Positions 25,921 to 38,457 of a DNA stretch of 64,000 nt are shown one piece after another (position 1 is the first letter of the stretch; the number at the start of each line of letters is the position of its first letter). This DNA comes from Basidiobolus meristosporus CBS 931.73 (taxonomy: Eukaryota > Fungi > Basidiobolomycota), in NCBI GenBank assembly GCA_002104905.1, contig MCFE01000199.1, positions 70,284 through 134,283 on the forward strand. Direction: 5' to 3'. The notes under the pieces were generated by a model, which was not told the DNA's origin, made no database searches, and saw only the letters and a list, made by a program, of their open reading frames with translations. The translations under genes were made by a program, and so were the position numbers.

Positions 25921-28900
25921 TCAAGCTTCTACCCACCCACTCAGATCATCTCTGGCAACAACAAGGTACTTCTTGGTTCCAGCAGTTGGCATGTGGACCA
26001 GGTCAATGCCAACCTTCTGCCATAGACAAGGTGTGTAGGTTGGATGGAGCGGCTCCTCATATCTCTTGGTTGACCTTCTTTGGCAAATGTCACAAGATTC
26101 AACAAAGTGTTGGACATCATGATACATATGCTCCCAGTAGTATCTACTGGAAACAACATTGTAAGTGGCATCTCTGCCTCTATGACCACCGGGTCTTCCT
26201 TCATGAAGGCTTGACATAATAGTCAGTTGTTCCTGGGGCTCAACTATAACTCTTCTTGGTGTCTGTCCAGGCTTTACTCGTTTGAAGAGGAGGCCATCTT
26301 TTATGTAGAAATGATGGGCCTTCTTCCTGAGCTTTCTGAAATCATGTGGGCTCATTCCTGGTGGCTTCTCTAAGGTTCTCAGATAGTCTTGAATGGTGTT
26401 CCACGTAGAGTTGCTGGGCTTCTTCACGTGTAGTTGTCGGATTTCTGCATCAATTATGTCATCAAAGTCAGGGTCCATATCTTCAGACAACTGTGGTCCC
26501 TTCCTGGAGAGTGCATCAGCCACAACATTTGTCTTGCCAGGGATATGTCTGACCTCAAAGTCAAACATTTTCAGCCATGCCATCCACCGATTTGTGGCAT
26601 CATCAGGTAGATCAGGCTTGTTGATCATTCCTATAAGTGGTTTAGCATCTGTCTCCAGGATGAAATGTGTCATGTAGAGTTGTGACTTCAGCTTTCTCAG
26701 CATCTTCACAACTCCTAGTAGCTCTCTCTTAATCTGTGAGTATCTTTGTTCTCTAGGAGAGAAGAGGCAGCTCTCATATCTGCAGGCATAGCGGTTACCA
26801 TCTTCATCATCTTGGCCAAGTAGTGCTCCAGCTCCTACAGGGCTTGCATCCACCGTCAAGATAGGTGGGCATTCAGTGTTCTGATAGTCAAGAGGTCTCA
26901 GAACTGGTGGAGATACTAAGGCCTCTTTTAGTAATTGCATGGCTTCTTCTTGCTCTTCTCCCCAGTTAAATGGGGCATTCTTTCTCTGTAGTCGGTAGAT
27001 TGGTTCTGCTATCTCAGAAAATCTTGGGATCCAGATCCTAAAGAACCCACAAGCTGCCACAAAGCCACGAGCTTGTGTTAGATTTGTGGGGGTAGGCCAG
27101 TTGCATATCTTTTGTGTCTTGGAGTCTCCGGGTGAACGACCAAAGGTGTTGCATTTTTGTCCAACAATGGATATCTCTGATACACCAAAGCTGCTTTTCT
27201 CACCACTGATGGTGAGTCCAGCTTCTTCAATGGCTCCTAATATGGCATCATTGTCTGAAATATGGTCATAGACAAACTTTCTTACTCCAGGCATAACTTC
27301 AGTTGTGTCCCGGAGTTTTGGTCCTTTGATGCCTATGTCATCAACAAAGACAGCAAGTTTCTCAGGTATAAACCGGTAGAGCACATTTACCATGCACCTC
27401 TGGAACTGAGCCACGGAGTTTGTTGCCCCTTGGCTAAGTCTTGTCATTCTTAACAGTCCAAATGGAGTCTGGAGTGCAAACATATCTCTTGATGTCTCAT
27501 CTAGGGGAATCTGGTCGTATCCTGAGTAGAGATCATATGTTGAGTAGATGGAGTGACCACTAAAGCTTTCTGCAAAGTCATCAATAGACGGAGGTATTGC
27601 GGCATCTCTGATAGTGACAGCATTTGCAGGTTGCATGTCCTGAATGAATCGGAGCTTCCCATTCTTCTTTTTGGTCACAAACCATCTGTTAGCATAAGGT
27701 CCATGGCAAGGTTCTAGGATACCAGCCTCAATCTTCTTCTTAAGTAGGTCATGCACATCAGCTTGGAGTCCTCTAGGCAGTGGGTAAGGTTTAAATGACC
27801 AGGGTGTGTGGGGCACTGTATGAATTTTGATAGGTTTTTCAACCGATGTCTTTAAGAGTCCCATCTCCTTGTCATTATATGAGAAAACCTTATCATGCCT
27901 TTTCAGGGTTTCTTCAAATAGTAAGATCTCCTCCGGTGTTAGGTTTCCATCACCAATGATAAGTTGCTTAAGTCTCTCAGGTGTAAGTCGTATATCTTCT
28001 GGTGTTCCTTCTGGTGGTCTGATGTAATCAGCAGGTCGAGACCCATCAGTTAAAGGCGTAAGTGATGGTCTAATCTTCTGTTCCACTGTCTTGTATTTTG
28101 TGCGAACCATAGCTGTCTGCTCCTGTATACCTAATGAGTAGCTCCAACTGTTAGGGTGTATACTGTCAGGCTCCTCATCTTCTTCTATAACAAGATGTGT
28201 CTTCTGGCAAGCGGTATGTGTCCTCTTATTGTTGGGTGTTACCCCACAGAATGTTGACTGTAGTCCTGGGTTGGATCCTTGTATAGTGTACCACACTGAC
28301 CCATCAGAATAGTTGGTAGTTGTAGCCTTAGTACTGGTCTCCCATGGTCTGCCTAACAGAAGGTCAAAGTTTGCCTTCTGGCAGATAAAGAGGGGAAGCC
28401 AGACCTTGATTCCTTGTACCTCAATAGGGAACTTGTGCACTACACCATAGAGTGGGCTAGACCCTGAGTTTGCATCAGTCATGTTCCATCCAATATCTCT
28501 ATCAACAGGCAGTAGCTCCTTGCTTCTAAGTGTCTTCCAGAAGTCTAGCGGCATAACACAAATCTCTGAACCACTGTCAATATGGCAGTCAACAGGGTCA
28601 TCATATATATACCCTTTCACCACAGCAGTTGCAACTGAGTAAAAGGTCTTGTATTTGGTAGCGTTGTCATCCTTTTTGTGGTCTTCATGGTTTGTCTGGA
28701 TTATATGGGTGTCCATATGTTCAACAGCTTGTCTTCTTGTTCTAAGCTGCTCATCAAAGGTCTTCCTAACAGACGGTGATACACTCATGATTTCTCCAAC
28801 TGACAAAGTGAGGTTCTGCTTCAGTAGTTTCTCAGTAATCAATTGGGGGCTTGAGTAGCCTGCTATCTTTGAGGTCATCTGAAAGTGAGGTAATGGGTCT

Positions 28901-29523
28901 TGAGTAGGCAGTGTTCCAGGCCTCTTGTCAATAATAACCTCAGGCTCTTCAAATCGTGGTCTTCTAAGGATGGGTTTGACAGGTTCTTCAGGAAGGTGTC
29001 TCTTAGTAGCAAAGGTGTCTACTTCGTATTTTCTGTTGTCAGGGCTGTTTGGACTCACTGTATGAGTCTCAATAGGGGCATCAACAGTAATCTTTCTAGT
29101 TGCTGAGTCAGACTTCTGGAAAAGGGCTCTCATTCCGCCTCTTCGGAAATTAGTGGGAATCCTTTTTCCTTCCTTATCAGCAAGCATTCCATCAGCATCA
29201 AACTGTACTGTTCCTTCTCTAAGTAGCTGGCTAAGCTCTGAGCATTCACGTCTGGCATGCTGAGTAGAGTCACACCAAATGCAGTGTCTAGGCAAAGCTC
29301 TTTGGCCCTCAGTAGCTACCTCAGCTGAGCCGTTAACCTTGAGGGCTAGCTTTTGTAGCTGTTCAGCAAGTTGGTCAATTCTGTCGGTAGTGTAGGTCTG
29401 ATTGTCAGCAACAGCACTCTTTAGCTCCTTGGTTGGCTGGTCTGGCAGATTAGATGTCAGAGTCTCATAAAGGTAGAAGTTTGCTTTGCCTCTAGGAGTA
29501 CACGTTTCATCTCTGCAAAGCAA
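25921..29523 (-). CDS. pol: Gypsy A Gag C-terminus, protease, RT, RNase H and integrase N-terminus (1200-aa ORF ending at a premature TGA)
   Basis: HIDSGSEI; YDLYSGYDQI; VFVDDIG; TVDASPVGAG; GGHRGRDAT..CDICQ; VGIDLVHMP. Confidence 0.95.
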   Translation of the reverse strand: MLCRDETCTPRGKANFYLYETLTSNLPDQPTKELKSAVADNQTYTTDRIDQLAEQLQKLALKVNGSAEVATEGQRALPRHCIWCDSTQHARRECSELSQLLREGTVQFDADGMLADKEGKRIPTNFRRGGMRALFQKSDSATRKITVDAPIETHTVSPNSPDNRKYEVDTFATKRHLPEEPVKPILRRPRFEEPEVIIDKRPGTLPTQDPLPHFQMTSKIAGYSSPQLITEKLLKQNLTLSVGEIMSVSPSVRKTFDEQLRTRRQAVEHMDTHIIQTNHEDHKKDDNATKYKTFYSVATAVVKGYIYDDPVDCHIDSGSEICVMPLDFWKTLRSKELLPVDRDIGWNMTDANSGSSPLYGVVHKFPIEVQGIKVWLPLFICQKANFDLLLGRPWETSTKATTTNYSDGSVWYTIQGSNPGLQSTFCGVTPNNKRTHTACQKTHLVIEEDEEPDSIHPNSWSYSLGIQEQTAMVRTKYKTVEQKIRPSLTPLTDGSRPADYIRPPEGTPEDIRLTPERLKQLIIGDGNLTPEEILLFEETLKRHDKVFSYNDKEMGLLKTSVEKPIKIHTVPHTPWSFKPYPLPRGLQADVHDLLKKKIEAGILEPCHGPYANRWFVTKKKNGKLRFIQDMQPANAVTIRDAAIPPSIDDFAESFSGHSIYSTYDLYSGYDQIPLDETSRDMFALQTPFGLLRMTRLSQGATNSVAQFQRCMVNVLYRFIPEKLAVFVDDIGIKGPKLRDTTEVMPGVRKFVYDHISDNDAILGAIEEAGLTISGEKSSFGVSEISIVGQKCNTFGRSPGDSKTQKICNWPTPTNLTQARGFVAACGFFRIWIPRFSEIAEPIYRLQRKNAPFNWGEEQEEAMQLLKEALVSPPVLRPLDYQNTECPPILTVDASPVGAGALLGQDDEDGNRYACRYESCLFSPREQRYSQIKRELLGVVKMLRKLKSQLYMTHFILETDAKPLIGMINKPDLPDDATNRWMAWLKMFDFEVRHIPGKTNVVADALSRKGPQLSEDMDPDFDDIIDAEIRQLHVKKPSNSTWNTIQDYLRTLEKPPGMSPHDFRKLRKKAHHFYIKDGLLFKRVKPGQTPRRVIVEPQEQLTIMSSLHEGRPGGHRGRDATYNVVSSRYYWEHMYHDVQHFVESCDICQRRSTKRYEEPLHPTYTPCLWQKVGIDLVHMPTAGTKKYLVVARDDLSGWVEA

Positions 29524-29993
29524 GGAATGCCAGACTTGTCATCCTTGGCTGCATGTAGGTCAACTTTCCTTGCCAATTCCTGGGGAAGCCCTTGTGCAAG
29601 GTAAAGTGTCATGGTAAACTCAGTTATTGCCTGGGACTCTAGGAGTGGCTTGGCCATATCTTCATATTGTTGAATGAACTCTTCAAGTGGTAGCTTGGAG
29701 AGTCCCATCCTTCCAAAGTGTCTGAGGTCTTCAATTCCATAGTATATCTGGGGTCTGCCATACTCGGTCTGTAGGTAGGTCTTCATTAAGGTCCAGTCAG
29801 TCAGAATGTCTCCTTGTCTGAGAAGCTTAGTAGTAATATCATCGGTGCAGTAGTAGGGGAAGTCTTCAGCCATTTCTTGTTCAGATAGGCTGCACATCTT
29901 GCAGAGCTTCTCCCATTTGAATATGAAGCTCTCCACATTCTTTCCATCAAACTGTGGGGCTCCATGTGAGAGTGGTAACGGCATAGAGTTCAT
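29457..29993 (-). CDS. gag: Gypsy A gag N-terminus (1-nt frameshift relative to the downstream ORF)
   Basis: MNSMPLPLSHGAPQFDGKNVESFIFKWEKLC; nearly identical to 30331-30684. Confidence 0.85.
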   Translation of the reverse strand: MNSMPLPLSHGAPQFDGKNVESFIFKWEKLCKMCSLSEQEMAEDFPYYCTDDITTKLLRQGDILTDWTLMKTYLQTEYGRPQIYYGIEDLRHFGRMGLSKLPLEEFIQQYEDMAKPLLESQAITEFTMTLYLAQGLPQELARKVDLHAAKDDKSGIPCFAEMKRVLLEAKQTSTFMRL

Positions 29994-30117
29994 TTTGGGT
30001 AGTAGGTTGGTGTTATAGTCTTGATAATATTGGTATGTCTTGTTTCAATAATATGGGTGAACGGCTCAAATCTTCAGGTAAATCTTGTTGGGTCCTAGAG
30101 CTTTTGAATGTTTGCAT

Positions 30118-30213
30118 AGTGAACACTCCACACACATTCTCAGTGTGAGAATGTGTTGGGCGTATTTTGCCTTTGGACTATACACCACCACATATTTGGC
30201 ACCAACGTGGGGG
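30118..30213 (+). promoter_or_regulatory. Residual U5 end of the 5' LTR (to 30192) plus PBS at the palindrome centre
   Basis: 30118-30192 matches the LTR end at ~36232-36305. Then TATT and TGGCACCAACGTGGGGG, resembling the tRNA-Lys(CUU)-type PBS TGGCGCCCAACGTGGGG. Confidence 0.75.
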
Positions 30214-30224
30214 TTCATACAAGC

Positions 30225-33200
30225 TCCCTAGGACCCAACAAGATTTACCTGAAGATTTGAGCCGTTACCCATTTATTGAAACAAGACTACCAATATTATC
30301 AAGACTACAACACCAACCTACCTACCCAAAATGAACTCTATGCCGTTACCACTCTCACATGGAGCCCCACAGTTTGATGGAAAGAATGTGGAGAGCTTCA
30401 TATTCAAATGGGAGAAGCTCTGCAAGATGTGCAGCCTATCTGAACAAGAAATGGCTGAAGACTTCCCCTACTACTGCACTGATGATATTACTACCAAGCT
30501 TCTCAGACAAGGAGACATTCTGACTGACTGGACCTTAATGAAGACCTACCTACAGACCGAGTATGGCAGACCCCAGATATACTATGGAATTGAAGACCTC
30601 AGACACTTTGGAGGATGGGACTCTCCAAGCTACCAATTGAAGAGTTCATTCAACAATATGAAGATATGGCCAAGCCACTCCTAGAGTCCCAGGCAATAAC
30701 TGAGTTTACCATGACACTTTACCTTGCACAAGGGCTTCCCCAGGAGTTGGCAAGGAAAGTTGACCTACATGCAGCCAAGGATGACAAGTCTGGCATTCCT
30801 TGCTTTGCAGAGATGAAACGTGTACTCCTAGAGGCAAAGCAAACTTCTACCTTTATGAGACTCCTGACATCTAATCTGCCAGACCAGCCAACCAAGGAGC
30901 TAAAGAGTGCTGTTGCTGACAATCAGACCTACACTACCGACAGAATTGACCAACTTGCTGAACAGCTACAAAAGCTAGCCCTCAAGATTAACGGCTCAGC
31001 TGAGGTAGCTACTGAGGGCCAAAGAGCTTTGCCTAGACACTGCATTTGGTGTGACTCTACTCAGCATGCCAGACGAGAATGCTCAGAGCTTAGCCAGCTA
31101 CTTAGAGAAGGAACAGTACAGTTTGATGCTGATGGAATGCTTGCTGATAAGGAAGGAAAAAGGATTCCCACTAATTTCCGAAGAGGCAGAATGAGAGCCC
31201 TTTTCCAGAAGTCTGACTCAGCAACTAGAAAGATTACTGTTGATGCCCCTATTGAGACTCATACAGTGAGTCCAAACAGCCCTGACAACAGAAAATACAA
31301 AGTAGACACCTTTGCTACTAAGAGACACCTTCCTGAAGAACCTGTCAAACCCATCCTTAGAAGACCACGATTTGAAGAGCCTGAGGTTATTCATTGACAA
31401 GAGGCCTGGAACACTGCCCACCCAAGACCCATTACCTCACTTTCAGATGACCTCAAAGATAGCAGGCTACTCAAGCCCTCAATTGATTACTGAGAAACTG
31501 CTGAAGCAGAACCTCACTTTGTCAGTTGGAGAAATCATGAGTGTATCACCGTCTGTTAGGAAGACCTTTGATGAGCAGCTTAGAACAAGAAGACAAGCTG
31601 TTGAACATATGGACACCCATATAATCCAGACAAACCATGAAGACCACAAAAAGGATGACAACGCTACCAAATATAAGACCTTTTACTCAGTTGCAACTGC
31701 TGTGGTGAAAGGGTATATATATGATGACCCTGTTGACTGCCATATTGACAGTGGTTCAGAGATTTGTGTTATGCCGCTAGACTTCTGGAAGACACTTAGA
31801 AGCAAGGAGCTACTGCCTGTTGATAGAGATATTGGATGGAACATGACTGATGCAAACTCAGGGTCTAGCCCACTCTATGGTGTAGTGCACAAGTTCCCTA
31901 TTGAGGTACAAGGAATCAAGGTCTGGCTTCCCCTCTTTATCTGCCAGAAGGCAAACTTTGACCTTCTGTTAGGCAGACCATGGGAGACCAGTACTAAGGC
32001 TACAACTACCAACTATTCTGATGGGTCAGTGTGGTACACTATACAAGGATCCAACCCAGGACTACAGTCAACATTCTGTGGGGTAACACCCAACAATAAG
32101 AGGACACATACCGCTTGCCAGAAGACACATCTTGTTATAGAAGAAGATGAGGAGCCTGACAGTATACACCCTAACAGTTGGAGCTGCTCATTAGGTATAC
32201 AGGAGCAGTCAGCTATGGTTTGCACAAAATACAAGACAGTGGAACAGAAGATTAGACCATCACTTACACCTTTAACTGATGGGTCTTGACCTGCTGATTA
32301 CATCAGACCACCAGAAGGAACACCAGAAGATATACAACTTACACCTGAGAGACTTAAGCAACTTATCATTGGTGATGGAAACCTAACACTGGAGGAGATC
32401 TTACTATTTGAAGAAACCCTGAAAAGGCATGATAAGGTTTTCTCATATAACAACAAGGAGATGGGACTCTTAACGACATTGGTTGAAAAACCTATCAAAA
32501 TTCATACAGTGCCCCACACACCCTGGTCATTTAAACCTTACCCACTGCCTAGAGGACTCCAAGCTGATGTGCATGACCTACTTAAGAAGAAGATTGAAGC
32601 TGGTATCCTAGAACCTTGCCATGGACCTTATGCTAACAGATGGTTTGTGACCAAAAAGAAGAATGGGAAGCTCCGATTCATTCAAGAAATGCAACCTGCA
32701 AATGCTGTCACTATCAGAGATGCCGCAATACCTCTGTCTATTGATGACTTTGCAGAAAGCTTTAGTGGTCACTCCATCTACTCAACCTATGATCTCTACT
32801 CAGGATATGACCAGATTCCCCTAGATGAGACATCAAGAGATATGTTTGCACTCCAGACACCATTTGGACTGTTAAGAATGACAAGACTTAGCCAAGGGGC
32901 AACAAACTCCGTGGCTCAGTTCCAGAGGTGCATGGTAAATGTGCTCTACCGGTTTATACCTGAGAAACTTGCTGTCTTTGTTGATGACATAGGCATCAAA
33001 GGACCAAAACTCCGGGACACAACTGAAGTTATGCCTGGAGTAAGAAAGTTTGTCTATGACCATATTTCAGACAATGATGCCATATTAGGAGCCATTGAAG
33101 AAGCTGGACTCACCATCAGTGGTGAGAAAAGCAGCTTTGGTGTATCAGAGATATCCATTGTTGGACAAAAATGCAACACCTTTGGTTGTTCACCCGGAGA

Positions 33201-36200
33201 CTCCAAGACACAAAAGATATGCAACTGGCCTACCCCCACAAATCTAACACAAGCTTGTGGCTTTGTGGCAGCTTGTGGGTTCTTTAGGATCTGGATCCCA
33301 AGATTTTCTGAGATAGCAGAACCAATCTACCAACTACAGAGAAAGAATGCCCCATTTAACTGGGGAGAAGAGCAAGAAGAAGCCATGCAATTACTAAAAG
33401 AGGCCTTAGTATCTCCACCAGTTCTGAGACCTCTTGACTATCAGAACACTGAATGCCCACCTATCTTGACAGTGGATGCAAGCCCTGTAGGAGCTGGAGC
33501 ACTACTTGGCCAAGATGATGAAGATGGTTACCGCTATGCCTGCAGATATGAGAGCTGCCTCTTCTCTCCTAGAGAACAAAGATACTCACAGATTAAGAGA
33601 GAGCTACTAGGAGTTGTGAAGATGCTGAGAAAGCTGAAGTCACAACTCTACATGACACATTTCATCCTGGAGACAGATGCTAAGCCACTTATAGGAATGA
33701 TCAACAAGCCTGATCTACCTGATGATGCCACAAATTGGTGGATGGCATGGCTGAAAATGTTTGACTTTGAGGTCAGACATATCCCTGGCAAGACAAATGT
33801 TGTGGCTGATGCACTCTCCAGGAAGGGACCACAGTTGTCTGAAGATATGGACCCTGACTTTGATGATATAATTGATGCAGAAATCCAACAACTACACGTG
33901 AAGAAGCCCAGCAACTCTGCATGGAACACCATTCAAGACTATCTGAGAACCTTAGAGAAGCCACCAGGAATGAGCCCACATGATTTCAGAAAGCTCAGGA
34001 AGAAGGCCCATCATTTCTACATAAAAGATGGCCTCCTCTTCAAACGAGTAAAGCCTGGACAGACACCAAGAAGAGTTATAGTTGAGCCCCAGGAACAACT
34101 GACTATTATGTCAAGCCTTCATGAAGGAAGACCCGGTGGTCATAGAGGCAGAGATGCCACTTACAATGTTGTTTCCAGTAGATACTACTGGGAGCATATG
34201 TATCATGATGTCCAACACTTTGTTGAATCTTGTGACATTTGCCAAAGAAGGTCAACCAAGAGATATGAGGAGCCGCTCCATCCAACCTACACACCTTGTC
34301 TATGGCAGAAGGTTGGCATTGACCTGGTCCACATGCCAACTGCTGGAACCAAAAAGTACCTTGTTGTTGCCAGAGATGATCTGAGTGGGTGGGTAGAAGC
34401 TTGAGCCCTACCCAATAACAAAAGCCACACCATATGGAGATTTATTCTTGAAGATATAATATGCAGATTTGGCTGCATCAGCCAGTTTGTTGCTGACCAA
34501 GGAGAAATGACCTCAAATTTGATCCAGGAACTCTGCTCACAATACAAGATTCATATTGCTTTCAGTACCGCTTATCACCCACAGGCCAATGGAATGGTTG
34601 AAAGAGGCCATGGCCCGTTAGTTAACTCCCTGGTCAAGAGCTGCAACAACATGACACTACAGTGGCCTACACAACTTCATCTAGCACTCTGGGCAGATAG
34701 AATCACTACAAAGCGCAGCACAGGTCTATCTCCATTCAAATTGCTTTACGGACATGATTGCGTTCTTCCTATAGAGCTTGACTCAATATCCTGGAACATG
34801 CTAGAGTGGAGAACTACAATGAGTCCAGAAGAACTACTGACTACACGCATCAAACAGCTTGATCACCATGAACTTGATATTACCCAAGCAGCTGCTAAAC
34901 TCAATGAGACAAGACTTCAGAACAAGGAACCATTTGACAAGTCACATAGCCTTAGACCAAAGCCATTACTGCAAGGAGATCCAGTACTGCTCTATGATTC
35001 CACTTTAGACAAGCAGTGGAGTCGCAAATTTGACATTAAGTGGTCTGGCCCATATATTGTCTCTAAGGTGATTGGAAATGGAAGCTACTACCTGTCTGAA
35101 CTTGATGGAACACCGTTAAGAGCACCTGTGGCAGGAAACCGACTTAAGCTATTCAAGCACCGGAATTTTGCACATCACATTTAGTTTGCTTTGACCTGAG
35201 TTCAAAGCTGAGAGGGGGGTGGATGTAGTGGGGTCACAGTGACACCCACAGGCAGATGTGCTCATTCTTATGCGTTCACTTCCCTAAAAAGGATTACCCT
35301 GCCTATATTATTATCATCCCAAATTTGCAATATTTCCTATTTTTGTCTATGTGATTATTACTATGCAACCTGACAAACTATTTGTCACTATTAACCCATT
35401 GCACAAGCTATTCTTATTCCTTGCCAAGATGCCAAGATAAGATAGTTACCTTATAAGGCAAGTACCCCAACAGTGCCCATGTCACGTGACCATCTTGGTT
35501 TCATAACCCCCATCTCACTACCATAAGAGGCAACCACATGACACAGAGGTTTCATATTACCACTACCTGATTGGCTAGGTGCTACTATGTCTCATGGAAC
35601 AATCCGCCAAGAATTTGCGCTATTTTTAGTACACAAAGACATGATTGGTTGTCTAGTACCTTCTGGAAACTTCCGGAAAGTATTTTCTAGCAAGAATTTG
35701 AGCAGCAAAAAAAAAAGTATATAAGGAAGGCTATCCCTTAAAATAAATGATCCCTCTTCCAATATTCCGACTTATTGATTAGTGAGATCACCGCTACCTA
35801 TTACCACTATTTTCTGACTCAGACCTGACGACACTCCCAGGAAACCGTGCTGACAGCCAACTGACCTTGGAGGCACTACTTGTGAGGAATACTCAGAGTA
35901 GGTATATTTTATTATATTTGTTTGTTTTCCCAAGTTTGTTCTTGTACAGGCAAAGATACTTTTCAGTCTTTGTAACTATTGGTCAAAGCTGCATTCTTAT
36001 CAAGTCCCTGTTGGTGGAGTTTACAGTTGTTTTGACTTTGGAAGCTTTGGTACATTGTCATCTCAAAGGACGTCAAAGCCATTATAAACTTTTGTTAAGA
36101 CGCCAACTAAGTTGGGGATTGTAGTTCAATAGTTTTCCCTTGACAAGCTTGAGGCTTTATCCCCCATCATATTAGATTAGATAAAAGACCCAGTATTCCT

Positions 36201-36305
36201 AGCAAGCTTCTGCCAGAGGTTATTGCACCCAGTGAACACCCCACACACATTCACACTTGAGAAGTGTTGGCCGTATTTTGCCCTCTGGACTTAAACACCA
36301 CCACA
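30225..36305 (+). mobile_element. Gypsy family A element, right arm of the palindrome (3' LTR 35224-36305)
   Basis: Reverse complement of 24023-30103; PPT GCTGAGAGGGGGGTGGA before TGTAGTGGGG at 35224; followed by CCGC. Confidence 0.95.
30331..35184 (+). pseudogene. gag-pol: Gypsy A gag-pol, right arm (frameshifts near 30610 and 31391; stops at 32287 and 34402)
   Basis: ORFs 30331-30684, 30615-31397, 31312-32289, 32461-34404 and 34507-35184 tile one ~1617-codon gag-pol frame. Confidence 0.92.
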
Positions 36306-38457
36306 CCGCAACATAACAACCACATGAGATGTATCAGGTGAGACAGCTAAAAATAGATTCCAAGAAGTGACAAAGTAAACCATAATGGGATTATTTATGT
36401 TTGGGTTAGGGGAAATCAGTTAGGGTACTATATTTTCTTATGGGGTAAAATAGGCTAAGTTTTAAATCATAATGCACAACACACCTGAATAAACACACAT
36501 CCAGTTTACTCAGTCCTTGCACTTGAATTGCTACATAGGTGTATGAATGTTGATTGGAGCCTGTAAGAAGTACTTAGGGTAGCAGATACTGCATAATATC
36601 TTACCAGTTCTTTCAAATTTCTCAAGTCTCTTGATGGGCTCATTTAGCTTGAAATGCCCAATGTACAACTTGGTCATCAGTACAGAGATATTGTTGAAAA
36701 GCAAAAGCATTCCACCAGGAGCAATGCTTTTGCTCAACAGACACCCTCTATCTTATGTGTCATTGGTTTCTAATTACTTCCATATACTGGTTGATGGCCT
36801 ATAGCTTGCCAACTTTGCCACAATTGTATACTGATTTCTTTACATTCTCTTTGCAGGAAGATGATGTTTGTAGTGCGGGTGTCTGGGTAATAATAATATG
36901 CGTGAACTATGGAGTAAGTCCCCTGGATCTCACACATTTCACAGCAGTACCATCTAATGTTCCTGGAAAAGCAAGTTACCTTGCTGATGGCTGGGGTATC
37001 TTCAATGCCAATGTTAATATGTGCTTTGACAGGACAGCCATTTACTGTTATCCCACTGGAAAGCATACAAAGCTCATCTAGCAATGTATATAAGCTGCTT
37101 TCCAGGCTAGACAGATATTTAGGCCCAGTTACCAGTGAGACTACCATTTGATTTCTACTCTGATACCATAAAATAGGAAGTAGATGCAGAGTGATGATAA
37201 TTAGTGGCCAGCAGGATTTGCAAGTGGTGTACATGTTTAATGGGAATCTATTAAGTGTCAAGGCAAAGGTATGGTCATACATATGTTCAAAGTAGGCCTT
37301 GCTTCTTAGCTGCTAATAATATTGACCATAAATATAATGTATATGTTTATGCTTGATTGTTACTGAACACAGTACTTTATAGCTTCACAATAATTGTTAG
37401 ACTGCATGAGCTCCTTTGGATGGGGTATTACAAAATAAATCCAGAGTATGAACAATGTTTTCCCTGAATGGTGGTGGATACCTGGCAACTTGGACACCTT
37501 GCAATGGTGGCATTTTCTGATGTGAATGCCATGCAACTGTTTACACAGTCTGGTACAAGGATGGTTGTCAGGTTATATATTGCCAGCCACATCATGGTTG
37601 TCCATTTATACCATGTACATGGTAAGTTGCATCCTGGATTGATTTAGGCAAGAAGTAGTGGTAAATTGTCAAATTCCCCTTCACTGATATTGGAGGAAAT
37701 GGGCCACTTCTATAGCCACAACATCACATGATTCACCAATATATGGACTACTGGGCTCACTTGACTCCATAGAGTATCTTTGGCACTTTTTCCACAGGTG
37801 TTGTCTCATTGCATAACAGGATTTTGTTAGGCTCATGCTAGGTACTGTTGTAAGGGGAGATAGGCCCACAATTCATCAGTGAGCCAGCTTCTTCAGAGCT
37901 ATCACTCTGCATGCCATATTCAGAAGGCCAGGGTGAGCCTAATAGCATCACAAACGTACCTGCCTCAGTATGCACAAGGTGACAAGTACAGCCAGGTGCT
38001 GAAATAGATCTCTCAAGTGGCCAGCAAGATATTGTTGGTACAGTGATGACTGATGAATGGTCAAGTATGACTTGTGTGGCAATACACCGGCTGTGATTGC
38101 TGTAATACTTCCTATGCTATCTGTGTGCTTCACAACTGCAAGTCTTGATGCAATAGCCACATGGTCTGCTTCCTATTCTCTCATGGTGTTGAATCAAAGT
38201 TGTCTTGTTCATGGGGCAAACAGTTTGATGCTTAACACAAAATGCTATTGTATCATTTTTTTGCCAATACCCATGTGACTTTAAGGCAGTTTTGTATTTG
38301 AAACATTGCACCTACACAAATGTTAGACTCAATGAAGACCAGCCATAGTGAGCATTATAAATAAAGCTGTAGCACCACATACATACTTATATTTAGTACA
38401 ATTTCTCCTTGTTGTGGCTCACTTCCATATGGGTGCTACCAAAAAATGAAGCAGAGC

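Larger units (their letters stand above)
24023..30103 (-). mobile_element. Gypsy family A element, left arm of the palindrome (3' LTR 24023-25101; 5' LTR and PBS lost)
   Basis: LTR termini; reverse-complement PPT TCCACCCCCCTCTCAGC at 25102; near-intact gag-pol; flanked by GCGG. Confidence 0.95.

Noticed and set aside
34402-34404. Shared in-frame TGA in the integrase as possible programmed readthrough
   Set aside because: It falls inside the integrase core, lacks a known readthrough context, is GGA in the third copy, and is simply explained by CGA->TGA decay.
24023-36305. Palindrome as a pure fold-back read artefact
   Set aside because: The arms differ at many CpG-type sites with biological polarity and the outer flanks are unrelated. 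Read-level confirmation of the centre is still needed.
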